Of a DNA stretch of 64,000 nt, positions 47,859 to 56,975 are shown one piece after another. The stretch spans positions 210,599 to 274,598 of the forward strand of contig JAQZBR010000003.1 in assembly GCA_029237775.1 (NCBI GenBank), given 5' to 3'. Positions within the stretch are counted from its first letter, which is position 1; each line of letters starts with the position of its first letter. Under the pieces are notes generated by a model. The model was given only the letters and a program-made list of their open reading frames with translations. It did no database searches and was not told the DNA's origin. The translations under genes and the position numbers were made by a program. This DNA comes from Bacteroidota bacterium (GTDB lineage Bacteria; Bacteroidota; Bacteroidia; 2-12-FULL-35-15).

Positions 47859-48767
47859 TCATCTGCTTAGCCCTTCTTCTTTTAGCTTCTGACCTAATCG
47901 TTTTGAATATTCAACTGATCCTAAATTATTAGTATGAGTATTGTCCTGGAAGTAATCCGGCTTCGAAGCATCTATCAAAGTTTCGAAACTATAATACTTT
48001 AAATTATTTTGTTGAGAGAAAGAATCTATATACTCCAGAAAAAGTTTATGCTCTTCGCGGTCATATTTAAATATAGGAGTTGTGATCAATATCAGAGCAA
48101 TGTTCTTGTTCGCACATAAATCTGCTATTTTTTTAAAGTATTTTGCGTCAAGCCTGTTTATTTCAGGGACCCGCCTTTTATTTAATAGCAGATTTTTATC
48201 TGAACGCTTACCATATAATAACTCAGTTCCCTTTGTTTTATTCAGTTTCCTGTTTGATAGCGTGCTCAATACATATTGATCATTATATTCAATATATTTT
48301 GTACAGGGTACGCTTAGCCATAAATAGTATTTCCAGGAAGGGATGAAATCAAAGAATACCTCTTTATGTTTCCTGAAAACAGGAAGAAACTCATAATCAT
48401 GAAAGGGATAGGAATAACTGTTGGCGGAATTAAAACTAAATTCATCAGTATTTAGAAGTAGCGCTGAAATTTTATTTTTAGAAAGGAATTCTTCCAGAAT
48501 AATATAATTTTCAGCGTAACAGCTTCCGGAAGAACCAATATTAATTCCTTTTTTGTTCATAACGCTATCCAGTGTGTTTATATCTACCATATTAAAGACT
48601 CTCGATGCGCCTAGGACTGCATAATCATATTGCTCCCCGGCTTTTTTTAAGATCCAGTTTTGCTTATTGGGGGTGTTGAATCTTGCCTCAATCAAATATG
48701 CCGTGGGGTAGCTCAACGCTAACAGTATAAGGAGAAAAAAGGAAACGGATTTTAGAAACGAAAGCAT
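47859..48767 (-). CDS. SGNH-like (DltD/AlgJ/PatB-type) acyltransferase partner 1
   Basis: N-terminal TM anchor from MLSFLK (start moved), LGASR block-I Ser, FQDNTH DxxH motif; directly after the MBOAT. Confidence 0.65.
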   Translation of the reverse strand: MLSFLKSVSFFLLILLALSYPTAYLIEARFNTPNKQNWILKKAGEQYDYAVLGASRVFNMVDINTLDSVMNKKGINIGSSGSCYAENYIILEEFLSKNKISALLLNTDEFSFNSANSYSYPFHDYEFLPVFRKHKEVFFDFIPSWKYYLWLSVPCTKYIEYNDQYVLSTLSNRKLNKTKGTELLYGKRSDKNLLLNKRRVPEINRLDAKYFKKIADLCANKNIALILITTPIFKYDREEHKLFLEYIDSFSQQNNLKYYSFETLIDASKPDYFQDNTHTNNLGSVEYSKRLGQKLKEEGLSR

Positions 48768-48771
48768 TTTG

Positions 48772-50211
48772 CTAAAATTGGATGTAAATAAATTCAGAGT
48801 GTTGATGGAACCTATAGCTAAACAAAATACTGTAAGAAAGGATAATATAAACACAAAATCTTAAAGGTTTCGCAACATGGACACGTTCGAAATTAAAACC
48901 ATATTCTTTATCTCTGAAAATCCATTCGACTATAAAAAAAACGAAGACAAGGGAGAACAAGAAAGTCGGTCTCAGTTCCGGCAACTTAAAAAAAGAAGGG
49001 TTTAAAATACATTTATAATAATCAAATGCTTTACCTATGCTTTCACATCTGAAAATTACAAAAGTCAACATAACCAGTGTAAACGTTGAAAGTATGCTTA
49101 CCGATTCTTTCAATGTTGGTAAAAACCTGTCTTTCAATTTCTTTTTCCGTTTATTCATTGTCCCGTTTAAAATAAGTGGAATAAAATAACAACCGTGTAA
49201 GAAACCAAAGAGCACATAGGTCCAATTAGGTCCATGCCAGATCCCGCACAGGGTAAAATTTATTATGATAGCCACAATAAGCCCAAGATTGTCATAATTC
49301 CTCAAAGAGATACTCAAAGGCGTAAAAACGTATTCTGTTAACCAGGACGTGAGCGACATATGCCATTTCCGCCAATATTCAGCAATGTTCTGGGCGAAAA
49401 ACGGAAAATCAAAATTTTTGGTGATATTAAATCCGATTAAGCGTGAGAAGCCGATTGCCATATCCGAATACCCCGAAAAGTCGGTATAGATCTGAACCGA
49501 ATATAAGAAGGCTCCTAAAACTAAAGTGCTGGAATTGTAACTGTGATAATTATTGAAAATCTGGTTGCTGACAATTGCACAGCTGTCAGCGATAACTATT
49601 TTTTTAAACAGCCCCCACAGAACTTGTCTTAACCCAGCTGTGGCCAAAGCATAATCGAATATTCTTGGCTTTTCCAACTGCGGAATAAATGTTTTTGCTT
49701 TATCGATGGGGCCTGAAAGGAGTGTTGGGAAAAATGAGATATACACAAAGAATATTACCCAGTCCTTTGTTGCAATGATCTTTCCTTTATCTATATCAAG
49801 TAAGTAGCTAATCAACCGGAATGTAAAAAAGCTGATTCCCAAGGGAACAATTATGTTTAATAATTGCAGATTCACATTAATATCCGCTTCTGAAAAAATC
49901 CGGTTAACGGAGTCAATGAAAAAATTGAAATATTTAAAAAAGATGAGGCCACCAAGATTCTGAACAAGTCCGATATTTAACAAAAGTCGCCTGTACTTTG
50001 TCGAGCGTTCAATATAGATTCCTAAATAATAATTTATCACGGAGACAACTATCAGATAGGAGAGAAGCCTCCAATCAGCCCAGCAGTAAAAAAAATAACT
50101 TCCAACAAGTAAAAGTAAATTCTGTAATTTAAAATTCTTTTTTAATGCAATCCAGTATAGAAAAAAGAAGGCCGCGAAAAAAAACAGAAATGGAAATGAA
50201 TTAAATATCAT
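48772..50211 (-). CDS. MBOAT O-acyltransferase 1 (AlgI/DltB/PatA family)
   Basis: PLGISFFTF, FFP.LLSGPI, DFSGYSDMAIG, WRKWHMSL, catalytic GIWHG, C-terminal EFIYIQF. Confidence 0.92.
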   Translation of the reverse strand: MIFNSFPFLFFFAAFFFLYWIALKKNFKLQNLLLLVGSYFFYCWADWRLLSYLIVVSVINYYLGIYIERSTKYRRLLLNIGLVQNLGGLIFFKYFNFFIDSVNRIFSEADINVNLQLLNIIVPLGISFFTFRLISYLLDIDKGKIIATKDWVIFFVYISFFPTLLSGPIDKAKTFIPQLEKPRIFDYALATAGLRQVLWGLFKKIVIADSCAIVSNQIFNNYHSYNSSTLVLGAFLYSVQIYTDFSGYSDMAIGFSRLIGFNITKNFDFPFFAQNIAEYWRKWHMSLTSWLTEYVFTPLSISLRNYDNLGLIVAIIINFTLCGIWHGPNWTYVLFGFLHGCYFIPLILNGTMNKRKKKLKDRFLPTLKESVSILSTFTLVMLTFVIFRCESIGKAFDYYKCILNPSFFKLPELRPTFLFSLVFVFFIVEWIFRDKEYGFNFERVHVAKPLRFCVYIILSYSILFSYRFHQHSEFIYIQF

Positions 50212-50216
50212 GACCT

Positions 50217-50939
50217 CTATTTAATATTAGTTCCTGCATTAATAGGGATATCAACTCCATTTAATTGAGGAGAAGCCTTGGAAAGAAACAAAACAGCTTC
50301 TGCAACCTCTTCAAAGCTAAGTAATCTTTTAAGAGGGTGTGAGTCGATCATCTGCTCTATTACCCGTTCGTCTACATCTTTGGTCAGATTCGATAACATA
50401 AATGAAGGCGATATTGAATTTGAAGCGATATTGAACTTAGAGTTTTCTACAGACCATGATTTTACAAGAGAAGCCAGATAAGCTTTGACAGCAACGTACA
50501 CAGATGCACCTGCAGGAGGTGTGTTAAGAAGAAAGGAAGTTAACACCGTTATGATCTTACCACTCTTTTTTTTTCTGAAGCCTGTTAATACTGCCTGGGT
50601 AATTTCCACCGTTGGAATGATGTTGTTCTGAAATTCGGTTGTAAAGTCCTCTACTGGTATCTTATGGAAATGATTTTTAATTGGCTGTCCGCTAAACGCG
50701 TTGTTAATTAAAATGTCGAGATCCAGGGTCGAGATCATATGTCTTAGATTTACGACATCTTCACGATTTTTAAAATCACATTTTATTGGGACCGTATTGT
50801 TAAATTGTTTTTGAATCTCGGTTGCCTTTGTTTCAGAACTGTTAAAAGTAAAATACACAGTGTTGGTGGTTTCTCCGGCTAACGCCCGCGTAATGGCCTC
50901 GCCCAAACCCGATGCACCTCCTGATATTAATATTTTCAT
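50217..50939 (-). CDS. SDR family oxidoreductase (FabG-like)
   Basis: GGASGLG, INNA, YVAVK (YxxxK). Confidence 0.85.
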   Translation of the reverse strand: MKILISGGASGLGEAITRALAGETTNTVYFTFNSSETKATEIQKQFNNTVPIKCDFKNREDVVNLRHMISTLDLDILINNAFSGQPIKNHFHKIPVEDFTTEFQNNIIPTVEITQAVLTGFRKKKSGKIITVLTSFLLNTPPAGASVYVAVKAYLASLVKSWSVENSKFNIASNSISPSFMLSNLTKDVDERVIEQMIDSHPLKRLLSFEEVAEAVLFLSKASPQLNGVDIPINAGTNIK

Positions 50940-51331
50940 TTTAATAGACCAATTTGAATTTTTCCTTTAGCTACAATTTTACTGGAATTCCTGAAGACAA
51001 ATTTAAATTCAACTGCGTTAACTGATTCATACACATCTTCGACAACCGCAGTGAAATTTAAAGCATCATTCATATACACAGGGTTTTTAAACTGAATTTC
51101 CTGAGAGTGAATAATCACATGTTTTGTAGGCAGGCATTCACCGATGAAAAAAGAAAGAAAGCCATTCAATATATTACCATGCATTACTCTTGAAGTAAAG
51201 CCTCTTTCAATTGCGAATTGATTATCTGTGTGAAGCGGATTCCGGTCGTTGAATAATTGAACAAAACTGCTGTGTACTTCAGACGAAATACAAAAAGTTT
51301 CTTCAAACTGTTGCCCCTTATTAAAAATCAT
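50936..51331 (-). CDS. MaoC/PhaJ-like hotdog dehydratase
   Basis: F...D.NPLH.D..FA...GF..RVMHG, F.NPVY.ND. Start moved to ATG 51331, giving ATGA overlaps at both ends. Confidence 0.85.
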   Translation of the reverse strand: MIFNKGQQFEETFCISSEVHSSFVQLFNDRNPLHTDNQFAIERGFTSRVMHGNILNGFLSFFIGECLPTKHVIIHSQEIQFKNPVYMNDALNFTAVVEDVYESVNAVEFKFVFRNSSKIVAKGKIQIGLLK

Positions 51332-51570
51332 ATTCCTTTTTGTTGAATGCAAGAGATCATTTCACCAACATCTTTCCAACTTTGTATTTCTTTGGAGGTA
51401 AAGCGAACCTTAAAATGCTTTTCAATTGCAACAACTAATTGGATGTGGGTTAATGAATCCCACTCTTCCACATCGTTTGCGGTCGTTGCTTCCGAGATGC
51501 TGATGTCTTCATTGTCAAGTGTTTCAATGAATATCTCATTGATCTGGGATAAAATTTCGGTACGTTCCAT
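51328..51570 (-). CDS. Acyl carrier protein (80 aa)
   Basis: [13 protein letters not shown] phosphopantetheine Ser motif, acidic; start moved to MERTEIL. Confidence 0.9.
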   Translation of the reverse strand: MERTEILSQINEIFIETLDNEDISISEATTANDVEEWDSLTHIQLVVAIEKHFKVRFTSKEIQSWKDVGEMISCIQQKGI

Positions 51571-51572
51571 AT

Positions 51573-53297
51573 TTATTTTATTTGAATATAAGTATTCTTT
51601 TTGATGTAAGTGTCCACATCCAGTTCCCACGTTTCTTTTTCTTTCTTAAACCCTAAGTCGGAGTAGTGGTTCTTCACCATTTCATTTTTGGCAGTAGGAA
51701 GGTACTCACCGATCACCTTTTTAAAGCCTTTTCTTTCTGCGAATTTCACTATTGTATTTAGTACAAAATTTTCCATTCCCCGTTTTAAAACACGGCAGCT
51801 CATGAACCACGTATCTATGAAGAGAGAATTCTCATTTACTTTTTTCAGGATAATAACGCAAATCAATCCGTTATCTCCGAATTTATCTTCCAGCGTGAAT
51901 GTAAAAGTGAAATAATCTTCTGACTTGCCGATGGCGTCAATATCCGCCTCCGTGTATCTGACCGTCCTGAGATTAAACTGATTGGAACGCTGGGAAAGCT
52001 GTGCAACTCTCGGAGTATTAAACTTGTCAAATGGTTCAACAACAGATGTCATGTTTAGACTCTTGAGAAAATCTTCCTCATTCGTGAAACTTTTCTGTGT
52101 AATTAATCTTTTTGCTTCTACCTGGTACAGACTTGTTCTTTCCGAATCTTCTTTTGAAAATGAAATTGTTTCGAATAGGTTAAGCGAGGTTAAATATTCA
52201 AGATAATCTGCAGGGTCCTCAGGTAATTCAGGAACTGTAATATCTTTAATGTTCTCTCTTACAATATTTCTTTCAAAAGGATTGTCATCAAGAAAAACCA
52301 TTGAATCAAATCCAATATTTAAGATGGATTGAATATGTCTGATATTATCAACTTTATTATCCCAGTTGGCCATGAAAACTGCGATGTCATCCAATTTTAA
52401 GACCATGTCCGGATGTTTTGCAAAAGGTTCTTTCGCTACCGATTCTGTATTTTTGCTGCAGACAGCTATAATAATACCTCTTTGCTGTAATTTCTTTATC
52501 CAGTGTTGGAATTCAGTGAACGCTTTACCAATTCCCAATGTTCCGATTTGAATATTTTCTATTCCGTCATCACCTATAATTCCACCCCAGGTTGTATTGT
52601 CCAGATCGAGAATGACACATTTTTTTGATCTACCGGAGAAAGCATTAATGATATCAATGATTCTGTTTGCAATCATAGGTAAAGCGTCTATACTAATAAC
52701 CATTTCAGTGTTTATATAGATCGAGGTTGAAAAGAAATTGGTTTTGCCAATCAAATTTTGAACTGTCGATATATCGCAAAGAAAAAAATTAGATGCTTTG
52801 GCAGAGAAAAGCATAAGTTCATAATTCAGCTTTCGAAGCTGAAATAAGAAGGAGGATTCTGTCTTTGACGAAAAGCTCCCGAAAACCGAGTCATCAATTT
52901 CAGTGTAATTCAAATAAATAATTTTAACATTATCTATACGACTATTCAGAGTAGAATACAGGTTTTCAATAATTGCTATTTCATTGGAAGAAAGATCCGC
53001 ATGGCTATGGCCTTTAAGCTTATTGTATTTTCCTAATAATTTATGAGATGATTGGAACAGAATTATAACCTCAGGTTGAAATTGATAAAGTTCGGAGTCA
53101 GGATCCAAAATTTGCCGTTCGATCTGGTTAAAATCAGCTTCTAAAATCTCGATATCCCAATTACTATCGTAGCCTGTACCACGCAAAGCAATGTTTAAGA
53201 ATTGGGTGGCACTGTCACCTAAAAGTGCAACTTTTATTTTTTTAAACTGTGAAAAGTCTTTTTTTAAATTCTTCTTTAAAAGCGAAAAATCTTTCAT
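51573..53297 (-). CDS. FkbH-like HAD-IIIC glyceryl-ACP synthase
   Basis: [47 protein letters not shown]. Start moved to MKDFS (TACCTTTG box at 53334-53341). Confidence 0.92.
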   Translation of the reverse strand: MKDFSLLKKNLKKDFSQFKKIKVALLGDSATQFLNIALRGTGYDSNWDIEILEADFNQIERQILDPDSELYQFQPEVIILFQSSHKLLGKYNKLKGHSHADLSSNEIAIIENLYSTLNSRIDNVKIIYLNYTEIDDSVFGSFSSKTESSFLFQLRKLNYELMLFSAKASNFFLCDISTVQNLIGKTNFFSTSIYINTEMVISIDALPMIANRIIDIINAFSGRSKKCVILDLDNTTWGGIIGDDGIENIQIGTLGIGKAFTEFQHWIKKLQQRGIIIAVCSKNTESVAKEPFAKHPDMVLKLDDIAVFMANWDNKVDNIRHIQSILNIGFDSMVFLDDNPFERNIVRENIKDITVPELPEDPADYLEYLTSLNLFETISFSKEDSERTSLYQVEAKRLITQKSFTNEEDFLKSLNMTSVVEPFDKFNTPRVAQLSQRSNQFNLRTVRYTEADIDAIGKSEDYFTFTFTLEDKFGDNGLICVIILKKVNENSLFIDTWFMSCRVLKRGMENFVLNTIVKFAERKGFKKVIGEYLPTAKNEMVKNHYSDLGFKKEKETWELDVDTYIKKNTYIQIK

Positions 53298-53333
53298 AAA
53301 AATTATTATTAACCTTATTGGGCTTGCGGAATG

Positions 53334-53341
53334 CAAAGGTA
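53334..53341 (-). promoter_or_regulatory. -7 promoter box (TACCTTTG) of the FkbH operon
   Basis: Exact TAnnTTTG followed by C on the - strand. Confidence 0.65.
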
Positions 53342-53398
53342 ATTTAAATACAGTAAAAAAAATGACAATAGGCTAAAAATAGGTAGGTGATATCTTTA

Positions 53399-54325
53399 TT
53401 AGTTCAGGGCTTTTTTGAGATCCTCGATAAGAAGAACTGTCCTGATATCAACCCCTTGTTTGGTAAGATGGTAAGGTGAGTTAAACAAGAGGCTGTCAGG
53501 GAAAACATATCTTTCCGGAGAAGAAAGTAAAATAAAGCCGTCCTCACGTAAATTCTGTTCAACCTCTTCTATCTGTTCATGTAAATTCAAATAGGTTTTC
53601 TTTTGGATACAGGGAAATGAAATGAATAATTTCGCATGTTTCGCTTTGGCTATCTCCCGGATCTTACGTAAAGAAGCCATGACATCGTCATTGAAACCTG
53701 TGGTGATCTTTTCATTAGGCCAAACCTTTACTTTCGGTAGTGTCCAGTGTGCGCATGCATCTCCATATTTATTAAACGAATTCCTTTCATAAATAGCATT
53801 TCCGGACTTGTTTCCGGACTTAATAAATATCCCCTCCAGTTTAGATTGCATGTATTTTGGCAGGTATGCACACAACGAAAAATATTGTTTTCCATCTAAA
53901 AGTGCAACAGATGAGCGGTCAACATCAGCAATTAAAGATAATAACTCTAATCTGCCATTTGCGAAATCACCAAAAAAATGCTCGTATTCAGGAGATATTA
54001 TGACAATGTCATTTTCATGCATATCCCTTTGGATGTTGGCCAACATAAATTTTAGTCCCAGAGAAATATGAATAGCAGTGTTTACCGGGTTTAGTTTTAA
54101 AGAGTCGGAAATTATTTGAGAATTCAAACCAAAGCTAAGATTGGATCCTCCCACAAATATGATCCTGGGTGCAGGGGTATTAATTAATAATTCTTTTTTA
54201 TCCAGATGAGAATACAATAAGCTTTTTTTAAATTCTTCACTTGGTGAAATAACCAGAATAAAGATCAGGATTATCAATAATATTGGGATAGACAGTAAAA
54301 GTGAACGAAGAATAAATTTTTTCAT
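53399..54325 (-). CDS. SGNH-like (AlgJ/DltD-type) acyltransferase partner 2
   Basis: N-terminal TM, IIFVGGSN block-I Ser, NSPYHL late His motif; 2 nt after MBOAT 2. Confidence 0.62.
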   Translation of the reverse strand: MKKFILRSLLLSIPILLIILIFILVISPSEEFKKSLLYSHLDKKELLINTPAPRIIFVGGSNLSFGLNSQIISDSLKLNPVNTAIHISLGLKFMLANIQRDMHENDIVIISPEYEHFFGDFANGRLELLSLIADVDRSSVALLDGKQYFSLCAYLPKYMQSKLEGIFIKSGNKSGNAIYERNSFNKYGDACAHWTLPKVKVWPNEKITTGFNDDVMASLRKIREIAKAKHAKLFISFPCIQKKTYLNLHEQIEEVEQNLREDGFILLSSPERYVFPDSLLFNSPYHLTKQGVDIRTVLLIEDLKKALN

Positions 54326-54327
54326 GT

Positions 54328-55788
54328 CTAAAATTGAAAGTAGATAAATTGCCGATCATCAAAAACACCTAAAAATAAAATTGAAAGCACTATTGCAAAA
54401 TATGCTGACCATCTGAGGTAAGGAGGGAACGCTTTGAAAATTTCTGAGATATCTTTTTTTCTTTGATACATATGAACCACTTCCAGTAATACGATTAATA
54501 ATAACGAAATAAAGAGTTGTGCAGGTGTTATGCCGAGATTTTTAATTTGAAATTCGGAAGTCCCTTTTATTATACCGGCAAGTTCGGAAGGTATTTCTGA
54601 AAATAAATGGCGGATAATATAAGTTGCTGACCCAAGATTATTCGCCCTGAAAAAGATCCATGCAAATGCGATTAATAAGAATGTGGTAATAGTTGGGATA
54701 AAAGACGTTCTGGAAATACGTAGAGCGTGATTGATTTTATTCCGAATGTCTTTCGTTATTTCCGCAAATACAAGATAAAATCCGTTCAGAGCTCCCCAGA
54801 TAATGAAGGTCCAATTTGCCCCGTGCCATAAGCCGCTTATGAGAAAAACAAAGAACAGGTTAAAATACCATCTGGGTATTGAAACTCTGTTACCGCCCAA
54901 AGGAATGTATAGATAGTCTTTAAACCACGTGGAAAGTGAGATGTGCCAACGTTTCCAGAACTCAGCGATGCTTTTTGAATGATAAGGCTGATTAAAATTC
55001 GTCATCAATTTGAATCCCATAATTCGCGCGGCACCAATTGCCATATCTGAATAGCCTGAAAAATCGCAAAATATCTGGAATGTAAAAAATACAGTGGCGA
55101 TGAGGAGGTCAATTCCTGAATGCTGCGTGGGATGATTATAAACGTTATCAACCACCATTGCAAGCCGATCGGCTATTACCACTTTTTTAAATAGTCCCCA
55201 GGCCATCAATCTTAGGCCACTTGTCACCCTCTCGTAGTCAAAATCAAATTTTTCCCTGAACTGGTGGAGAAGATTCTGCGGCCTTTCTATGGGGCCGGCA
55301 ACCAGTTGGGGATAAAACATTACATACAACGAATAGATGCCGAAATGTCTTTCGGCCCTCTGATTTCCCCGATAAACTTCAATAGTATAGCTCATCGCCT
55401 GGAAAGTGTGAAAGGATAAACCAATTGGAAGTAATATTTCAAGAAAGGGAATCGGGTTCTCCTTTCCAAATCCATGAAAAAGAAGTGAAAGGTTATGATT
55501 TAGAAAATTATAATATTTGAAAATGGCTAGAACTCCAATATTTGCAAAAAGGCTGATAACAAGAAATAATCTTCTTTTTTTTCCGTGGGCCTCCTCAATG
55601 AATATTCCCGCGAAATAATCGATAACAATAGTGGCACCGAGAATCAGGATATACACCGGCACGAATGCCATATAGAAATAACAGCTGCTGATTAAAAGTA
55701 GCAGCCATCTTCGATTGTAAGGTATTGCAAAATACAAACCGGTTACAATAATGAAGAATATTAGAAAATGAAATGAATTAAAAAGCAT
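54328..55788 (-). CDS. MBOAT O-acyltransferase 2 (AlgI family)
   Basis: LPIGLSFHTFQ, FYPQLVAGPIER, DFSGYSDMAIG, WKRWHISLS, GLWHGANW, C-terminal QFIYFQF. Confidence 0.93.
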   Translation of the reverse strand: MLFNSFHFLIFFIIVTGLYFAIPYNRRWLLLLISSCYFYMAFVPVYILILGATIVIDYFAGIFIEEAHGKKRRLFLVISLFANIGVLAIFKYYNFLNHNLSLLFHGFGKENPIPFLEILLPIGLSFHTFQAMSYTIEVYRGNQRAERHFGIYSLYVMFYPQLVAGPIERPQNLLHQFREKFDFDYERVTSGLRLMAWGLFKKVVIADRLAMVVDNVYNHPTQHSGIDLLIATVFFTFQIFCDFSGYSDMAIGAARIMGFKLMTNFNQPYHSKSIAEFWKRWHISLSTWFKDYLYIPLGGNRVSIPRWYFNLFFVFLISGLWHGANWTFIIWGALNGFYLVFAEITKDIRNKINHALRISRTSFIPTITTFLLIAFAWIFFRANNLGSATYIIRHLFSEIPSELAGIIKGTSEFQIKNLGITPAQLFISLLLIVLLEVVHMYQRKKDISEIFKAFPPYLRWSAYFAIVLSILFLGVFDDRQFIYFQF

Positions 55789-55807
55789 TGATGAAGCGGC
55801 TGAATTA

Positions 55808-55815
55808 CAAATTTA
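55808..55815 (-). promoter_or_regulatory. -7 promoter box (TAAATTTG) for MBOAT 2
   Basis: Exact TAnnTTTG on the - strand, 19 nt before the ATG. Confidence 0.6.
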
Positions 55816-55866
55816 GAAAGAAACTTCTATAAGAACTCTTTTATTTAGCATCTTAGGAGGAAGTGA

Positions 55867-56886
55867 TCAGTTAAGAAGGTCAACAAAGGCATATTCAGTT
55901 AAAATTTCGTGTTCACCGTTGAATATGATCAACCTGATATTTTTATATTCCTTTAGTAAGCAAATATTTCTTCCTGCAATCGTCCCGTAATCAGATATCG
56001 GTCTTCTGAATTCCAATAATTGCAGTGTTTCTTTTTCAGAGACATATTTTGCCGAATCGGTAGTTTTAAGATCAGCTATGAGCTTATTATAAAAACGTAT
56101 AGAATGTGTGAAAGAGGCAGGTCCCTTAATTCCGTCAAAAACTCCTGCATATATTGTGATTTGTGTTTCCGGGAGTTTTTCCAGGGGTGTTTTCCAATAT
56201 AATGGAGAGCGCTGAAGTGCGGCCACGTGATCCAATGTGTCATAATGTGCTCCGGTACAGCTTAAGATTTGTTTTTGAAAGTCTTTTTTATCCATTAATG
56301 CACATTCGTTAAACCATGATTCAAGATCACAGATTGAAGCCCAAATGGAATATTTGCGGATGTGGATCTTGGTTTTCATAAATACCGCTAAAGACGCGTA
56401 ACCGCCACCGCTTCCTCCAATGATCATTATATTGGAAGTATCAACATTAGCGTTCTTAATTGCATAATTTATAGCATCATCAATATCACCTAAGGCAAAA
56501 TCACTGCAGCATGCTTTTATGGAGTTGTTTTTCCCCCTGAAATCAGGGTGTATATAATTTATGTTCTTTTTTTTGCATAAAACAGCCAAAGAATCGAATT
56601 GGGCATAAGTTCCATTCCATGGATGCAGGCTTACGATCAGGGCTGAAGGTTTTGGCGAAGTTGACTTATAGAAATAAGCACTTGATTCCATACCATCAAG
56701 CTTGCTTTTTGTTTTAATTATTTCAAACTCATCGGGCCATGCTGAATGATTTATGGGAGCTTCCTTTTTGAAAAAAGTTGTAATTTCATACCTTATTTTT
56801 CTCCATTCAATGAAATTTCCTAAGAGCAGTCCGGATAAAAAAAGGACCAAACCTGAAAAAAAGTATATCACAGTTTTAATGCGCAT
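55867..56886 (-). CDS. Membrane-anchored alpha/beta hydrolase (peptidase S9/esterase-like)
   Basis: N-terminal TM, LHPWNG, GGSGGGY nucleophile elbow, late GEHE His. Confidence 0.7.
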   Translation of the reverse strand: MRIKTVIYFFSGLVLFLSGLLLGNFIEWRKIRYEITTFFKKEAPINHSAWPDEFEIIKTKSKLDGMESSAYFYKSTSPKPSALIVSLHPWNGTYAQFDSLAVLCKKKNINYIHPDFRGKNNSIKACCSDFALGDIDDAINYAIKNANVDTSNIMIIGGSGGGYASLAVFMKTKIHIRKYSIWASICDLESWFNECALMDKKDFQKQILSCTGAHYDTLDHVAALQRSPLYWKTPLEKLPETQITIYAGVFDGIKGPASFTHSIRFYNKLIADLKTTDSAKYVSEKETLQLLEFRRPISDYGTIAGRNICLLKEYKNIRLIIFNGEHEILTEYAFVDLLN

Positions 56887-56975
56887 GATTCAACTAAGGT
56901 TTGATAAAAGATTCAGTCAAACAAAATAACTTTATCTTGGCGAATATAAATTAAAAGAATTCAATAAACATTCTG

